Source of the DNA: Halobacteriovoraceae bacterium
GTDB lineage: Bacteria; Bdellovibrionota; Bacteriovoracia; Bacteriovoracales; Bacteriovoracaceae
Assembly: GCA_963719505.1 (NCBI GenBank)
Contig: CAVRCF010000001.1
Span: 256,001 to 320,000, forward strand
Direction: 5' to 3'
DNA: 64,000 nt
The notes under the pieces were generated by a model that was not told the origin of the DNA, ran no database searches, and saw only the letters and a program-made list of their open reading frames with translations. Positions 18,560 to 28,567 of this stretch are shown piece by piece. Every line of letters starts with the position of its first letter. The first letter of the stretch is position 1. A program made the position numbers and the translations under genes.

Positions 18560-20449
18560 TTATTCATTCTTTAATTTAATTATAAATTTTGTTCCTTCAC
18601 CCAAAACGCTACTTGCCGTAATTGTTCCGTTGTGAAGTTCGATAAAGTATTTTACCAAATAAAGGCCCAAGCCCGAACCTTTTATTTTGTGACTATCGTC
18701 ATTTTTTACTCGATAAAACTTATCAAATATATGTTCAAGGTCCTCTTGCTTTATACCTTTTCCATTATCGCTTATTTCTATAGTGACCCACTGCTCATCA
18801 TCCCATGTTTTTATATAAATCTCTTTTCCCTCGCCAGCGTACTTTATAGCATTCCCTATAAGGTTTGCTAAGACTCTATTCACCAAGACAATATCGACCT
18901 TAATCGGATAAAGGGGATCTAAATCCTTTTTAATCGTCATTTCTTTTTCACGGGCTTCATACTTTAGCTTCTCAATAGTATCTTCAATAAGGGTATTGAC
19001 GTCTTTATTGTCGAGATTGAGATCCAAGTTTCTAGATTCAATTTTAGTAAGGTCCAAGATTGAGGTAATAAAGTTATTTAACTCTTTAGTTGAGTGAACA
19101 ACATCATCTAGTAGCTCTTTTTGTCTAGGTTCATTTTCATACTGGACTCTTAAAATGTCAGCAATTCCTGCAATTTTTGCTACCGGTGTTTTCAAATCAT
19201 GACTCATCAGACTGATGAAGTTTGCTTTTAGCTTATCTACTTTTTTAAGAACCTTCGTCTCTTCTTGAATAGCATATCTCGTTTGATACTCACCGATGGC
19301 CCTAAACGGGACCCAAATATAGTAGACGACAAAAATACTGAGAATGATATGAGATAACTTAAACCAGATCCCCAATCCAACAAATGAGAAATAAGCCACA
19401 ATAAACATAGAGATTAAGATAACCATCGTTATCAAAAGACCTTTAGTCGGTTGTACTTTTGAAATGAGAAAAGACAAAAAGATAGCAAGGAGAATAGAAA
19501 TAACATCAGTCACCCAATCAGGAACGCGATAGATTGTTTTCTCGGTAATGAGTGATGAGATAATTTGGGCGTGAACATTTATTTTAGGAGCTTTTGCTCC
19601 ATCTTTTCCAAATGGAGTGTAGATGAAGTCACCAATATTAGACAGATACTGGGGCCCCACGAGAACGACCTTATTAAAGAAATACCCTCGAGGAAAGTTT
19701 CCAACAACAACTCGATGAAAGGGAATTGTTCTTATTTGTTTATAGAAGTTAGGGTTTGATCCATAACGAAAGAGTCCAAAGGTTGCATCTGCTTCACGGT
19801 CGTAGTAAGCCCCTTGAAATTCTGAAGCTTCAATACGTGCCATACCCTTTTTTTGACGGTATTTATTGGCAACCCAAAGATGCAAGGAGTCTTCCCCAGA
19901 AATATTCAAGATAACTCTTCTGGTGACGTCATCTTTTGCAAAAACGTTTCCATCCTTATTGATAATTCCAAGAGAATATCCAATATCTCTCATCCCCTCC
20001 GGCGGTACTTGTTCTCCCCATGCATCCTTATCAGTACCAAAACGAAAAGCACCACCAATAGTTTGATATGACTGAATTTTTTGATGAAGCGAGGTCATAT
20101 TTTCTTGATCGACCATGTTTTCAGGCTCTAGCATGGGAACAAGGTAAGATATAATACTTGGTCGATCAGCTGACAGTCTTGTCATGAGTCTGTTATGAGT
20201 GGCATAGGTGTAGGGGTATATTTCACCTAAGAACTGATCACTTTCTTCATCCATTGTTATAACGACAAGGTTATCTTGAGACGCTGTACCGAAGTCTCCT
20301 CTGGTCCACAAATCGTAAAAGATGGCATCTAGAGAATTGAAGGAGTATTGAATAAGGATGAGGATAAAGATGATTGTAAAAAACAAAGGGTACAAGTTGT
20401 TGTATTCAATATTTTTTAGTCTTTCTCTAATATTCATTTTGCCCCTCAT
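18560..20449 (-). CDS. CHASE2-domain sensor histidine kinase
   Basis: Periplasmic domain with KVVLVG...TPF...VHAQII, three TMs, SHDLKTP H-box, N/G boxes. Confidence 0.9.
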   Translation of the reverse strand: MRGKMNIRERLKNIEYNNLYPLFFTIIFILILIQYSFNSLDAIFYDLWTRGDFGTASQDNLVVITMDEESDQFLGEIYPYTYATHNRLMTRLSADRPSIISYLVPMLEPENMVDQENMTSLHQKIQSYQTIGGAFRFGTDKDAWGEQVPPEGMRDIGYSLGIINKDGNVFAKDDVTRRVILNISGEDSLHLWVANKYRQKKGMARIEASEFQGAYYDREADATFGLFRYGSNPNFYKQIRTIPFHRVVVGNFPRGYFFNKVVLVGPQYLSNIGDFIYTPFGKDGAKAPKINVHAQIISSLITEKTIYRVPDWVTDVISILLAIFLSFLISKVQPTKGLLITMVILISMFIVAYFSFVGLGIWFKLSHIILSIFVVYYIWVPFRAIGEYQTRYAIQEETKVLKKVDKLKANFISLMSHDLKTPVAKIAGIADILRVQYENEPRQKELLDDVVHSTKELNNFITSILDLTKIESRNLDLNLDNKDVNTLIEDTIEKLKYEAREKEMTIKKDLDPLYPIKVDIVLVNRVLANLIGNAIKYAGEGKEIYIKTWDDEQWVTIEISDNGKGIKQEDLEHIFDKFYRVKNDDSHKIKGSGLGLYLVKYFIELHNGTITASSVLGEGTKFIIKLKNE

Positions 20450-21215
20450 TAAATAGACAATTCTCTAAAAGGGGAAAGCTCTCTAGATATCCAATCAAAC
20501 CTGTATTCAACCCATGATCAGCTTCAAGATGGTTGAGCATAAATTCAAAAAAGGTTTTGTGATAACTATCTTTTGTTATAAGCAAATAAACGGGTTTTAG
20601 TTCCGGGTCGCAAATGATGTTTTCTTTATTCGTTGAAAGAGAAAGTATTGATTCTAAAAGCGGCTTCATCATTATAAAAGACATGAAGATACCCGTTTTA
20701 AAAAACGTATTTTCCCTACCAAAGCTTAATTTTTTCCAAAAGCTATAGGTGAAAAAAATTAGTGTAGAGGTTACACCCATTCCTATCGTTTGAGACTTAC
20801 ACCCCGACTTTTTCTTACTGTGAATTAAAAATTTTATAAGGGCTTTTGTTTGATTAAGATCCAATCTCTCTACTAATTGTCTATCAAGAACAATACTCCA
20901 CGAGTTTCTAAGGCTAAAAACAAAAGGCTTTGCTCCAACCCCGTTATACAAATACACTGTTGGTTTATCTTCAAGTTCTTTGTAAACTTCAGTTTTTAGA
21001 ATTTGAAAGAAATCGTGCTGATCAAAGTCGGTAATTTCTCGAGCTCCCAAAAAAAGGAGAATAACCTTGTCACTAAAAAGGGTTAGAAGGAATACTCCAA
21101 CCAAAATCAGAATAATAAGCGCAACTCTAAGGAATCCACTAAAAGTGAGATAGGTAAACATGACGGGAAATAACGCCACAAGTAAATATATTAATATCGC
21201 TTTTGTTCTATACAT
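20427..21215 (-). CDS. Membrane protein with HtpX/M48-like layout but no HExxH
   Basis: N-terminal TMs, SDKVILLFLGAREI, P.VY..; zinc motif absent. Confidence 0.45.
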   Translation of the reverse strand: MYRTKAILIYLLVALFPVMFTYLTFSGFLRVALIILILVGVFLLTLFSDKVILLFLGAREITDFDQHDFFQILKTEVYKELEDKPTVYLYNGVGAKPFVFSLRNSWSIVLDRQLVERLDLNQTKALIKFLIHSKKKSGCKSQTIGMGVTSTLIFFTYSFWKKLSFGRENTFFKTGIFMSFIMMKPLLESILSLSTNKENIICDPELKPVYLLITKDSYHKTFFEFMLNHLEADHGLNTGLIGYLESFPLLENCLFNEGQNEY

Positions 21216-21343
21216 AATTCAACTAGTTACAACCAGTATAGATTAAATTTTTATATTATCTAGTATGAAACACTTTGTTCCCTATCATTATTACATAAAC
21301 CACGCATCGCCCTAGACAATTTTCCAGGTTAGAGCTATAAAGC

Positions 21344-21625
21344 TTGAGCTTCGATACAAAACAAAAACACTCGGAATCGCCCGTGAATGAAGATGAACTA
21401 GATGATTATGAGCTAGAAATTCTCCGCGCTGGGGAGCGTAAAGAATTATTAAATGATGATGTTCTGATTTGTGAGTGTTTATGTGTGAGTGTCGCTGATA
21501 TAAGAAAGTTTTTTAACAAGAACCAAAAAGTTGATTTAGAAGCTTTAAGAAAAGAGTTTCATTTAGGTGCTGGGTGTTCAAGTTGTGTTAGATCGTTTTC
21601 ACAATGGAAAGATCAGATCTTTTAA
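21344..21625 (+). CDS. BFD-like [2Fe-2S]-binding protein
   Basis: ICECLCVS...LGAGCSSC. Confidence 0.8.
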   Translation: MSFDTKQKHSESPVNEDELDDYELEILRAGERKELLNDDVLICECLCVSVADIRKFFNKNQKVDLEALRKEFHLGAGCSSCVRSFSQWKDQIF

Positions 21626-21664
21626 GCATTATTTTTGGGAATTTAAATAGGAAGGAGTACGTCA

Positions 21665-22501
21665 ATGTCATTTGATAAGCTATTATTCGGAACTGCTGGT
21701 GTGCCAAACTCAACTGCTAAGAAAAACAGCCCGGTTGAAGGTGTTCAAAGAATTCATGAGTTAGGGTTGGACTGTATGCAACTTGAGTTCGCTCATGGAG
21801 TAAGAATGAAGGAAGAGGTTTCTTCCGCTTTAAGAAAAGTTTCTTATGAGCTGAATATTCCACTTACCTCTCATGGACCTTATTATATTAATTTAAATGC
21901 TCGTGAACAAGATAAGATTGACTCATCTGTTGAAAGAATCATTCAAACTGCTAAGATCTCTGATCTTTGTGGAGCAGAGTCTATGACTTTTCACGCCGCT
22001 TTTTATATGAAAGATTCTCCATATGATGTTTTTGATCTTGTAGAAAAATCAATGAATGTAATTGAAGAAAGACTTTCAAGATTAGATATCGAAATTGAAT
22101 TAAGACCTGAGCTTACTGGTAAAACATCTCAGTTTGGTTCACTCGAGGAATTAATTACTCTTACTAAGAACGTTGGAAGTGTTAAACCTTGTATGGATTT
22201 TTCACACCTTTTTGCTAGAACTGATAAGTATAACTCTTATGAGGAAATGACGGCTGTTCTTGATAGATTAGAAGTTGAAATTGGTGCTACCGCTCTTAAA
22301 AATATGCACGTTCATGTTTCTGGAATTAGCTCAAACTCTAAAGGTGACCTTAAACATTTAAACCTTGAGAAGTCTAAGTTTAATTGGAAAGATATGCTTA
22401 AGGCGCTTAAAGACAAAGGCTGTGGTGGTTATATTATTTGTAACTCTCCCAACTTAGAAGAAGATGCTATCATGATGAAAAAGTACTACATGGCTCTTTA
22501 A
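21665..22501 (+). CDS. Endonuclease IV / AP endonuclease 2 family TIM-barrel protein (archaeal-like type)
   Basis: FGTAGVP, HGPYYINLNA, FHAAFY, RPELTGK.SQFG, DFSH..AR. Confidence 0.85.
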   Translation: MSFDKLLFGTAGVPNSTAKKNSPVEGVQRIHELGLDCMQLEFAHGVRMKEEVSSALRKVSYELNIPLTSHGPYYINLNAREQDKIDSSVERIIQTAKISDLCGAESMTFHAAFYMKDSPYDVFDLVEKSMNVIEERLSRLDIEIELRPELTGKTSQFGSLEELITLTKNVGSVKPCMDFSHLFARTDKYNSYEEMTAVLDRLEVEIGATALKNMHVHVSGISSNSKGDLKHLNLEKSKFNWKDMLKALKDKGCGGYIICNSPNLEEDAIMMKKYYMAL

Positions 22502-22528
22502 AACACGAAAATTAAATTTATCTGATAT

Positions 22529-22556
22529 AAAGCCTCACATATGTGGGGCTTTTTTT
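22529..22556 (+). terminator. Intrinsic terminator
   Basis: aaagcctcac-atat-gtggggcttt plus T run between convergent genes. Confidence 0.75.
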
Positions 22557-23409
22557 ATTGAGACAGTCTTGCCGGCAACCACATTAAAGGATCATTAAGG
22601 ACTTCGTCCGAGACATATTTAGTCGGCATTTCCAATCTAATCACTCTTCTTTTTTTCACTCCAAACCTCTGGAAGGCATCAGCAAAGTTTTTCCAAAAAA
22701 GTTCATAGTATTTTGTCTCACTTTGTAGAGTTTTTAACCCTTCTGTTAGTCTTTTTGCAAGTAGTGGATTATTTTTGGTGACATAAATGTAGCTTGGCAA
22801 ATCGTAGCGAAGGAGCAGGTTTTCCTCTACCACTAGGTCAAAGGCTCTAGAGGAACCTGTTTCATTGAGAACCTCATTCAAGCTCCTTGAGAAACACACC
22901 TTTTTATTTATAACAGCTAAATTCACTACGCCATCATAGCTTTCAGCCTCTAGCACATCCAAATTATTATGAACCATAACCTCTTTATCAGACCATGACT
23001 TACCAACCGCAAATTTAATACCAAACTTTTTAAAATCAGAGAGCTTTCTGATGGCTGCAAAAAGCAGCTGATCTTCTGCATGGATAAGGCAGACTCTAAG
23101 GCCTAAAATTCCGCGAGAAATTGGAATTGGAATTTCTATAAGTTCTTGTCTTCTTTCATTTGTTGGGGCAAAGGTGGCGAGCTGAATTTCATCCCCTACA
23201 ATCAGTCTTTTGTAGGCCTCTTCGTGCGAGAAACTAGAGGAAGGCACTAGCTCAGCTTTGCCATATTTTTTTTCCGTAAGCTTCAGGGATTCTACTAGCA
23301 CTTTTAAGTAGAAAGGATTATCTTTTATTCGCTCCCAAACGACGATTTTCTTCACCTCAGCGTGACTAACTGGTAGTAAAAGTATAAGAATATAAATAAA
23401 TCTTAACAT
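22555..23409 (-). CDS. Periplasmic substrate-binding-protein-like protein
   Basis: Signal peptide; IPISRGILGLRV, G..W.D, FSRS..E, LL.Y..P.Y.YV...N..LA.RL..GL. Confidence 0.7.
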   Translation of the reverse strand: MLRFIYILILLLPVSHAEVKKIVVWERIKDNPFYLKVLVESLKLTEKKYGKAELVPSSSFSHEEAYKRLIVGDEIQLATFAPTNERRQELIEIPIPISRGILGLRVCLIHAEDQLLFAAIRKLSDFKKFGIKFAVGKSWSDKEVMVHNNLDVLEAESYDGVVNLAVINKKVCFSRSLNEVLNETGSSRAFDLVVEENLLLRYDLPSYIYVTKNNPLLAKRLTEGLKTLQSETKYYELFWKNFADAFQRFGVKKRRVIRLEMPTKYVSDEVLNDPLMWLPARLSQ

Positions 23410-23452
23410 TTTTTAATCCCCAAGATTGATTAAGAAAGGATAGACTAAATAG

Positions 23453-24601
23453 ATGTCTTACACAACAATAGCGACTTCCATTATTGCACTACTGGTTATG
23501 ACTCTTGTCGTTAAAAACATAATGCTTTTTAGCCTTAATAACCAAAGCAAGACTCAGAAACTTCTTGTTCTTCTTTCGGATTTCTCAGCATTTATAACGG
23601 CTCTCTATTTTTATCTCCTCATTTCAAAAAGGATTTTTAGTGCACCTTTTATGCTTTATTTTGGTGGATTCTCTTTTGTTCTCTACAGCCTGTTTCCTTT
23701 TCTTTATCTGCTTTATACCACTAAACCAGCCAAGAAAAAACTCTATACACTTCTAGGGACAGCTGTCTTTGTTGTCACTGCTATTGCAAATCTTTTTCTT
23801 AACGAGTTTGATTTTATCAAACGTATCGACTTGGTGTATTTAAGTATTCCATCTATTAAGTCGGTGACATTGCTATTTTTACAAGTCGCTTTTACAGCTT
23901 TAGTCTCACTTCTAGGCCTTAAAATCATTGAAGAAACGCAGCTAAAAGCCAAACAAATTTTTTCTTCCACTCAAAAGTTCCAGTTTTCGTGGTTATGCAT
24001 TCATTTTAGAGCACTTATTGGGTTCTCAGTCGTTACAACTCTTGCTTTCACAGTTGGAAGTGAATACTTATTTACAAGTGAGTATTCAAAGCAGTTAACG
24101 CTCATAGGCTTTATTTATCTCGTTGTTCTTATCACTACGATCGACTGCATCAAGCAGGCTCCCATCACTGATGAAGACATTGAAGTGTTTAGTGATTTCG
24201 AAGGGGAGTTTCTGGAACCTCAGACTATCCCAAAACAATTGGATGATCTGGATCAATGCGAAGAGATTGTTGATTCAGTTATCGCAAAGGTCAAGGAAGA
24301 CAATTTATACTTAGATTCAGATTTAAAGCTCAGTTCGCTTTCCTCAAAGTGTGGAATTCCAAGTTATCAAATCTCCAGGTCAATAAATTTTGTTTTAAAC
24401 AAGAATTTTAATGAATTTATCAACGATTTTCGAATTATTGAGGCGAAAAAGAAACTCACTTCTGAGGAATTTGAAAATGTCACTATCTTGGCCATAGCAC
24501 TAGAATCGGGGTTTAATTCCAAATCAAGTTTTAACGCGCAGTTTAAAAAGAGAGAAAACACTACTCCCAATGAGTATAGAAGTACTTATTCATCAAAATA
24601 G
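23453..24601 (+). CDS. Membrane-bound AraC-family transcriptional regulator
   Basis: About 7 TM helices then YLD.DL.L..L...NFNEFINDFRI.EAK...IALESGFNSKSSFN..FKK...TP.EYR. Confidence 0.92.
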   Translation: MSYTTIATSIIALLVMTLVVKNIMLFSLNNQSKTQKLLVLLSDFSAFITALYFYLLISKRIFSAPFMLYFGGFSFVLYSLFPFLYLLYTTKPAKKKLYTLLGTAVFVVTAIANLFLNEFDFIKRIDLVYLSIPSIKSVTLLFLQVAFTALVSLLGLKIIEETQLKAKQIFSSTQKFQFSWLCIHFRALIGFSVVTTLAFTVGSEYLFTSEYSKQLTLIGFIYLVVLITTIDCIKQAPITDEDIEVFSDFEGEFLEPQTIPKQLDDLDQCEEIVDSVIAKVKEDNLYLDSDLKLSSLSSKCGIPSYQISRSINFVLNKNFNEFINDFRIIEAKKKLTSEEFENVTILAIALESGFNSKSSFNAQFKKRENTTPNEYRSTYSSK

Positions 24602-24690
24602 GTCATCTTTTCTAATTAAGGTCGTCTTAATTTATTAAATAAAGTCTCATATTCTTTCAGAATAACAGATGATTAACCCAGGAAAATAAC

Positions 24691-25092
24691 TTGGAGTTAA
24701 AAACTGTGAAAATGATAAGGTCAAAAAGTATTAAATTTTTATTAAGTCAGGCACTAAAGCCTGTCTTAGAAAATGATAATTCTAAGCCAAACACTGTTTT
24801 TCAACATCCAATCAATAGTTTGCTAAACCAGATCTCAATAAAAGTTGATGAGACACAAAAGTTAAATGCTAAATCATACCAGTTAACCGCTCTAAATGCT
24901 CAAGTTAAAGTTCATTCTCATTACAGTCTCAATAAACTAGTCCCTGTTAAATGTTCACGTTCTAAATACAGCTCCCGTTCAAGTTCATGCAGATTTTCAA
25001 GTTCAAGTTCAAATTTTAACAAAAGGCTGGGTGTATTTACCCAGCCCATTTGTTCAAATTTAAAAAGGAGTTCAAAGTGGAAAGACATCTAA
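24691..25092 (+). CDS. Hypothetical protein; C-terminus uncertain (possible +1 frameshift)
   Basis: ORF downstream of the AraC gene; an alternative frame gives a more coherent ending at 25063. Confidence 0.3.
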   Translation: MELKTVKMIRSKSIKFLLSQALKPVLENDNSKPNTVFQHPINSLLNQISIKVDETQKLNAKSYQLTALNAQVKVHSHYSLNKLVPVKCSRSKYSSRSSSCRFSSSSSNFNKRLGVFTQPICSNLKRSSKWKDI

Positions 25093-25709
25093 AAAAATCA
25101 CTCAACCGGTCAACCATTGTTCTCAGTTTATTAGCTGTGGTGGCATCCGTTTATATTATTAAATTAAATCTTAATTTTGAAAAAGCTCACTTTACTAATG
25201 ATCTGGCCAGACTTGTAAACTTAGATTTTGCACAGATCGAAAGTAAAAATGCACAGGCAGATCAACAATTTTCCCAAGCCATCGATAAATACAATCTTAT
25301 AGCAGGAGATCGTTTTAGCATTAGTTCCACAGAAATATTTGACTCAAATGAATCTGGGGATTTCGTGTTTGCCTCAGTTGGAGACAGACAGGTGAGATTT
25401 AAAGTTCAAGTTCTCAACTCTTACTTCGTTGAGCGAGTTATCGGAATGGGACTATTAGCCTTCTTAACATTCTCCCTCATGATATACCTCGTGAGACTTG
25501 TATTTGTTAAACTCGTCCTGCAAGATATTTTGTTATCGAACAAGCTTCTCAATGAAATTCTTGATGTTTCTTATGCGCAAAATCTCACCCAAGAGGAGTT
25601 TATTAAAAAGGCGCAAGCGATAAAAAATCAACATATTGTTCCGAATCAGCTTTGTACCATTCATAGAGTGTTAAGAAGAATTGTTAGACTACCAACTTCA
25701 AGAACCTGA
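25077..25709 (+). CDS. Hypothetical membrane protein (two TM helices)
   Basis: RBS aaggag at 25065-25070 then GTG at 25077, in frame with ORF 25050..25709. Confidence 0.6.
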   Translation: MERHLKKSLNRSTIVLSLLAVVASVYIIKLNLNFEKAHFTNDLARLVNLDFAQIESKNAQADQQFSQAIDKYNLIAGDRFSISSTEIFDSNESGDFVFASVGDRQVRFKVQVLNSYFVERVIGMGLLAFLTFSLMIYLVRLVFVKLVLQDILLSNKLLNEILDVSYAQNLTQEEFIKKAQAIKNQHIVPNQLCTIHRVLRRIVRLPTSRT

Positions 25710-27269
25710 AAGTCCATAATTTGGAAGAACTCTTGCCGAAGGGTCTAAGACATCGCAATTTTCCCATTCTTTATTAGGCATCCAAAATGAAAGAATCAAT
25801 TTTCCAAGTCCTGGATAAAACTTCTCAAAGAGCTCTCTGTACATAAGTGACTCCTTGGTAAAAGGCTTACCATGAGTGAATTGAGAACAACTAAAATGGT
25901 ACTCTTCCCCTTGGTACTTTTCTTCGGCAAAGTCTTTTATACAGTCAACAAGAGAGTGTCCTACGGCATCAGAAAAAGCTGCTTTTTCACGGTATAAGAT
26001 TGACTGTGGAAGGTAATCCCCTTCAAAAGCTTTTCGCAAAAGATACTTCCCAACTTTATAGGAGTTCATTTTTAAAGCGGGATCAATTGCCATGACATAA
26101 TCAACAAACTCACGGTCCGAAAATGGAACTCTGGCTTCCAAAGAATGAGAACTTATACAGCGATCTGCTCTTAAAACATCGTAGATATAAAGTTCTTTAA
26201 TTCTTTTTGAGGCTTCCTTTTGAAACTCTGCTGGGTTTGGAGCATAGTCAGTGTATTTATAACCGAAAAGTTCATCTGATACCTCTCCTGTCATCAATAC
26301 TTTTATCTCTGTTTTTTCCTTAATATGTTTACAAACGAGGCTCATTCCTAGGCTGGCCCTAATTGTTGTAATATCCCAGGTCTCTAAGGATTCAACGACA
26401 TCTTCAAGGGCTTCAAGAACATCAGACCTATCAATGATAACCTCAGTGTGGTCTGAGCCAATGAACTCTGCAACTTCTTTTGCATATTTTAAATCAATTG
26501 CATCTTCACTCATTCCGATGGCAAAAGTTTTAATAGGCACATCAGACATTTTTTGAGCAATAGAACACACGAGACTTGAATCAAGACCTCCACTTAGTAA
26601 AAAGCCTATTTGGGCGTCAGCTTGCATCCTTTTTCTAACAGCACTTTCTAGTTTTATTCGTATATTTTTTGTCACCTCAGTCAGTGACTCTTTTGAGAAA
26701 CTTGGCACCTCGGAGTGGTCATGAAATTTTTTAAAACTTCCATCGTAATAGAAACCAGGGGGAAATGCTGTAATCTCATTGCAAACACCTGCTAGAGCTT
26801 TTACCTCAGATGCAAAGCAAATCTTCCCATCACTCTTAGAGAATCCGTAAAACAGAGGTCTTATTCCCATTGGATCTCTTGCTGCAAAGACTCTTTGTGC
26901 TTGAGAGTCGTAAATAACCAGGGCGTATTCCCCATCTATTTCACCAACAATTTTTTCTATTCCCCCTTTTTGAAAAAGAGGAATAAGAACTTCACAGTCA
27001 CTTTGGGACTTAAATGAATATTCTTCGTAAGCTTTATGAATGTCTAAATGGTTATAGATTTCGCCATTGCACATGTAGTATGTTTTATGGTCCACAAAAG
27101 GTTGGTCACCGGCACTTGAAAAATCGTTTATCGCCAATCTTGTAAAGCCCATAAACTTTTCAGCGACGATCATCTCTTTTTGCGAATCAGGCCCACGGTG
27201 ATAAAGCTTACTCAAAGCTTTTTTCCCCTCTAGCGCTGAACTCCCTGATAAAAATAAAATACCACACAT
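25698..27269 (-). CDS. asnB: Asparagine synthetase B (glutamine-hydrolysing)
   Basis: MCGI N-terminal nucleophile (ATG at 27269), HRGPD, NGEIYNH, LSGGLDSS, LEARVPF.D. Confidence 0.96.
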   Translation of the reverse strand: MCGILFLSGSSALEGKKALSKLYHRGPDSQKEMIVAEKFMGFTRLAINDFSSAGDQPFVDHKTYYMCNGEIYNHLDIHKAYEEYSFKSQSDCEVLIPLFQKGGIEKIVGEIDGEYALVIYDSQAQRVFAARDPMGIRPLFYGFSKSDGKICFASEVKALAGVCNEITAFPPGFYYDGSFKKFHDHSEVPSFSKESLTEVTKNIRIKLESAVRKRMQADAQIGFLLSGGLDSSLVCSIAQKMSDVPIKTFAIGMSEDAIDLKYAKEVAEFIGSDHTEVIIDRSDVLEALEDVVESLETWDITTIRASLGMSLVCKHIKEKTEIKVLMTGEVSDELFGYKYTDYAPNPAEFQKEASKRIKELYIYDVLRADRCISSHSLEARVPFSDREFVDYVMAIDPALKMNSYKVGKYLLRKAFEGDYLPQSILYREKAAFSDAVGHSLVDCIKDFAEEKYQGEEYHFSCSQFTHGKPFTKESLMYRELFEKFYPGLGKLILSFWMPNKEWENCDVLDPSARVLPNYGLSGS

Positions 27270-27402
27270 ATCCAATCCTCCTTACTATATTATCGGTCAT
27301 CTGCGACTTCTACTCAACAATCAATAGTAATTTGGTTAATTTTCAGGAATATGGTACTTAATTATCACTTTCAGTGATAATATAACAAAAGGGGTTTCAA
27401 AA

Positions 27403-27882
27403 ATGAACAATAAATATGAAATTGATAATCTTGATAGGCAAATCTTGACCATATTACTTAACGAAGCAAGGACTCCCTTCATCGAAATTGCGAGAAGCCT
27501 CAGTGTATCTGGAGGTACAGTCCACCAAAGAATGGATAGGATGAAAGCTTCGGGACTCGTCAAGGGAAGTAGCTTGAGCCTCGACCTAAGTGTCTTGGGT
27601 TTTGATGTAACAGTTTTTCTTGGTATCCATTTAATTTCCAGTAAAGACACTAATAGAGTTATTAAAAGTCTTGAGCTTCTTGATGAAGTAGTAGAAGCCT
27701 ACTACACGACAGGAAATTATGCTTTGCTAGTCAAAGTGCACACCAAAAGCATTAAAGACTTTCATCACTTTCTTATCAATAAGCTTCAAGCTATCGATGA
27801 AATTCAAGCAACAGAGTCCTTCATAAGTTTAAGTCAGCCAATAAGTCGATCTATAAGTGTTAGTGAGCTTCAAGGTTATTGA
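27403..27882 (+). CDS. asnC: Lrp/AsnC family transcriptional regulator
   Basis: IDNLDRQIL..L...ARTPF.EIA..L.VS.GTVH.R...EVVEAYYTTGNY; divergent from asnB. Confidence 0.88.
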   Translation: MNNKYEIDNLDRQILTILLNEARTPFIEIARSLSVSGGTVHQRMDRMKASGLVKGSSLSLDLSVLGFDVTVFLGIHLISSKDTNRVIKSLELLDEVVEAYYTTGNYALLVKVHTKSIKDFHHFLINKLQAIDEIQATESFISLSQPISRSISVSELQGY

Positions 27883-28567
27883 TAAAAGCGTTGTGAAATT
27901 TCTCTATTAAATCCTCAGAGGTCTTACTTAGAACTTGATCAACACTTGTGTACACCTCTGGCGCCATTCCACAAGGGCTCGTCTTATTGACTTCATCAAA
28001 CATTTCTTTATCATGCAAAATGTTTAAAGCAAGCCCGTGTTCAGTGACAAAGCGAGAAGCGCCAATCCCAATTGAGGCAAGCTTCTGCTTATTTCTCCAC
28101 ACTCCCATAAGCTTAGTGGCGGTAATAACATGATCTATTTCAAGGTCTTCACTCAAGGTTCGTTGAACCTTTTTTAATAACCAGCAGGTGAGATCATTGA
28201 GTGACAGTGATTCTTTTAAGGCAACAATCGGATAAAAAATCCACTGACCTGGGTAATGAAAGGTCAAACCTCCACCGCGGTGGATATGAAAAAGAGGAAA
28301 CTTTAAATTTTGCGCCTGTTCCTTTTCAAAAGGAACTAAAGAGTCATCACCTCTTTCATTTCCACGCCCCATTGTGAAACAGTGTGGATGATTAGTGAAA
28401 ATATAAACTTTAAGTTTTCTATTATTTTGAATAAATTTCTGGGCCCGTTTTTGAAATTCAAGGCACTGGGAATACTGCCAATTCCATTTGGTTAATTTTA
28501 AGACGTTTTGGTCCCAATCGACAGTACAGTCTAGAGGTAACTCTAGCTCAGAAAAAGGATTAGTCAT
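27860..28567 (-). CDS. lipB: Lipoyl(octanoyl) transferase LipB
   Basis: H...FTMG, RGGGLTFHYPGQ...YP, K.ASIG, HGLALN, PCG. Confidence 0.92.
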   Translation of the reverse strand: MTNPFSELELPLDCTVDWDQNVLKLTKWNWQYSQCLEFQKRAQKFIQNNRKLKVYIFTNHPHCFTMGRGNERGDDSLVPFEKEQAQNLKFPLFHIHRGGGLTFHYPGQWIFYPIVALKESLSLNDLTCWLLKKVQRTLSEDLEIDHVITATKLMGVWRNKQKLASIGIGASRFVTEHGLALNILHDKEMFDEVNKTSPCGMAPEVYTSVDQVLSKTSEDLIEKFHNAFINNLEAH

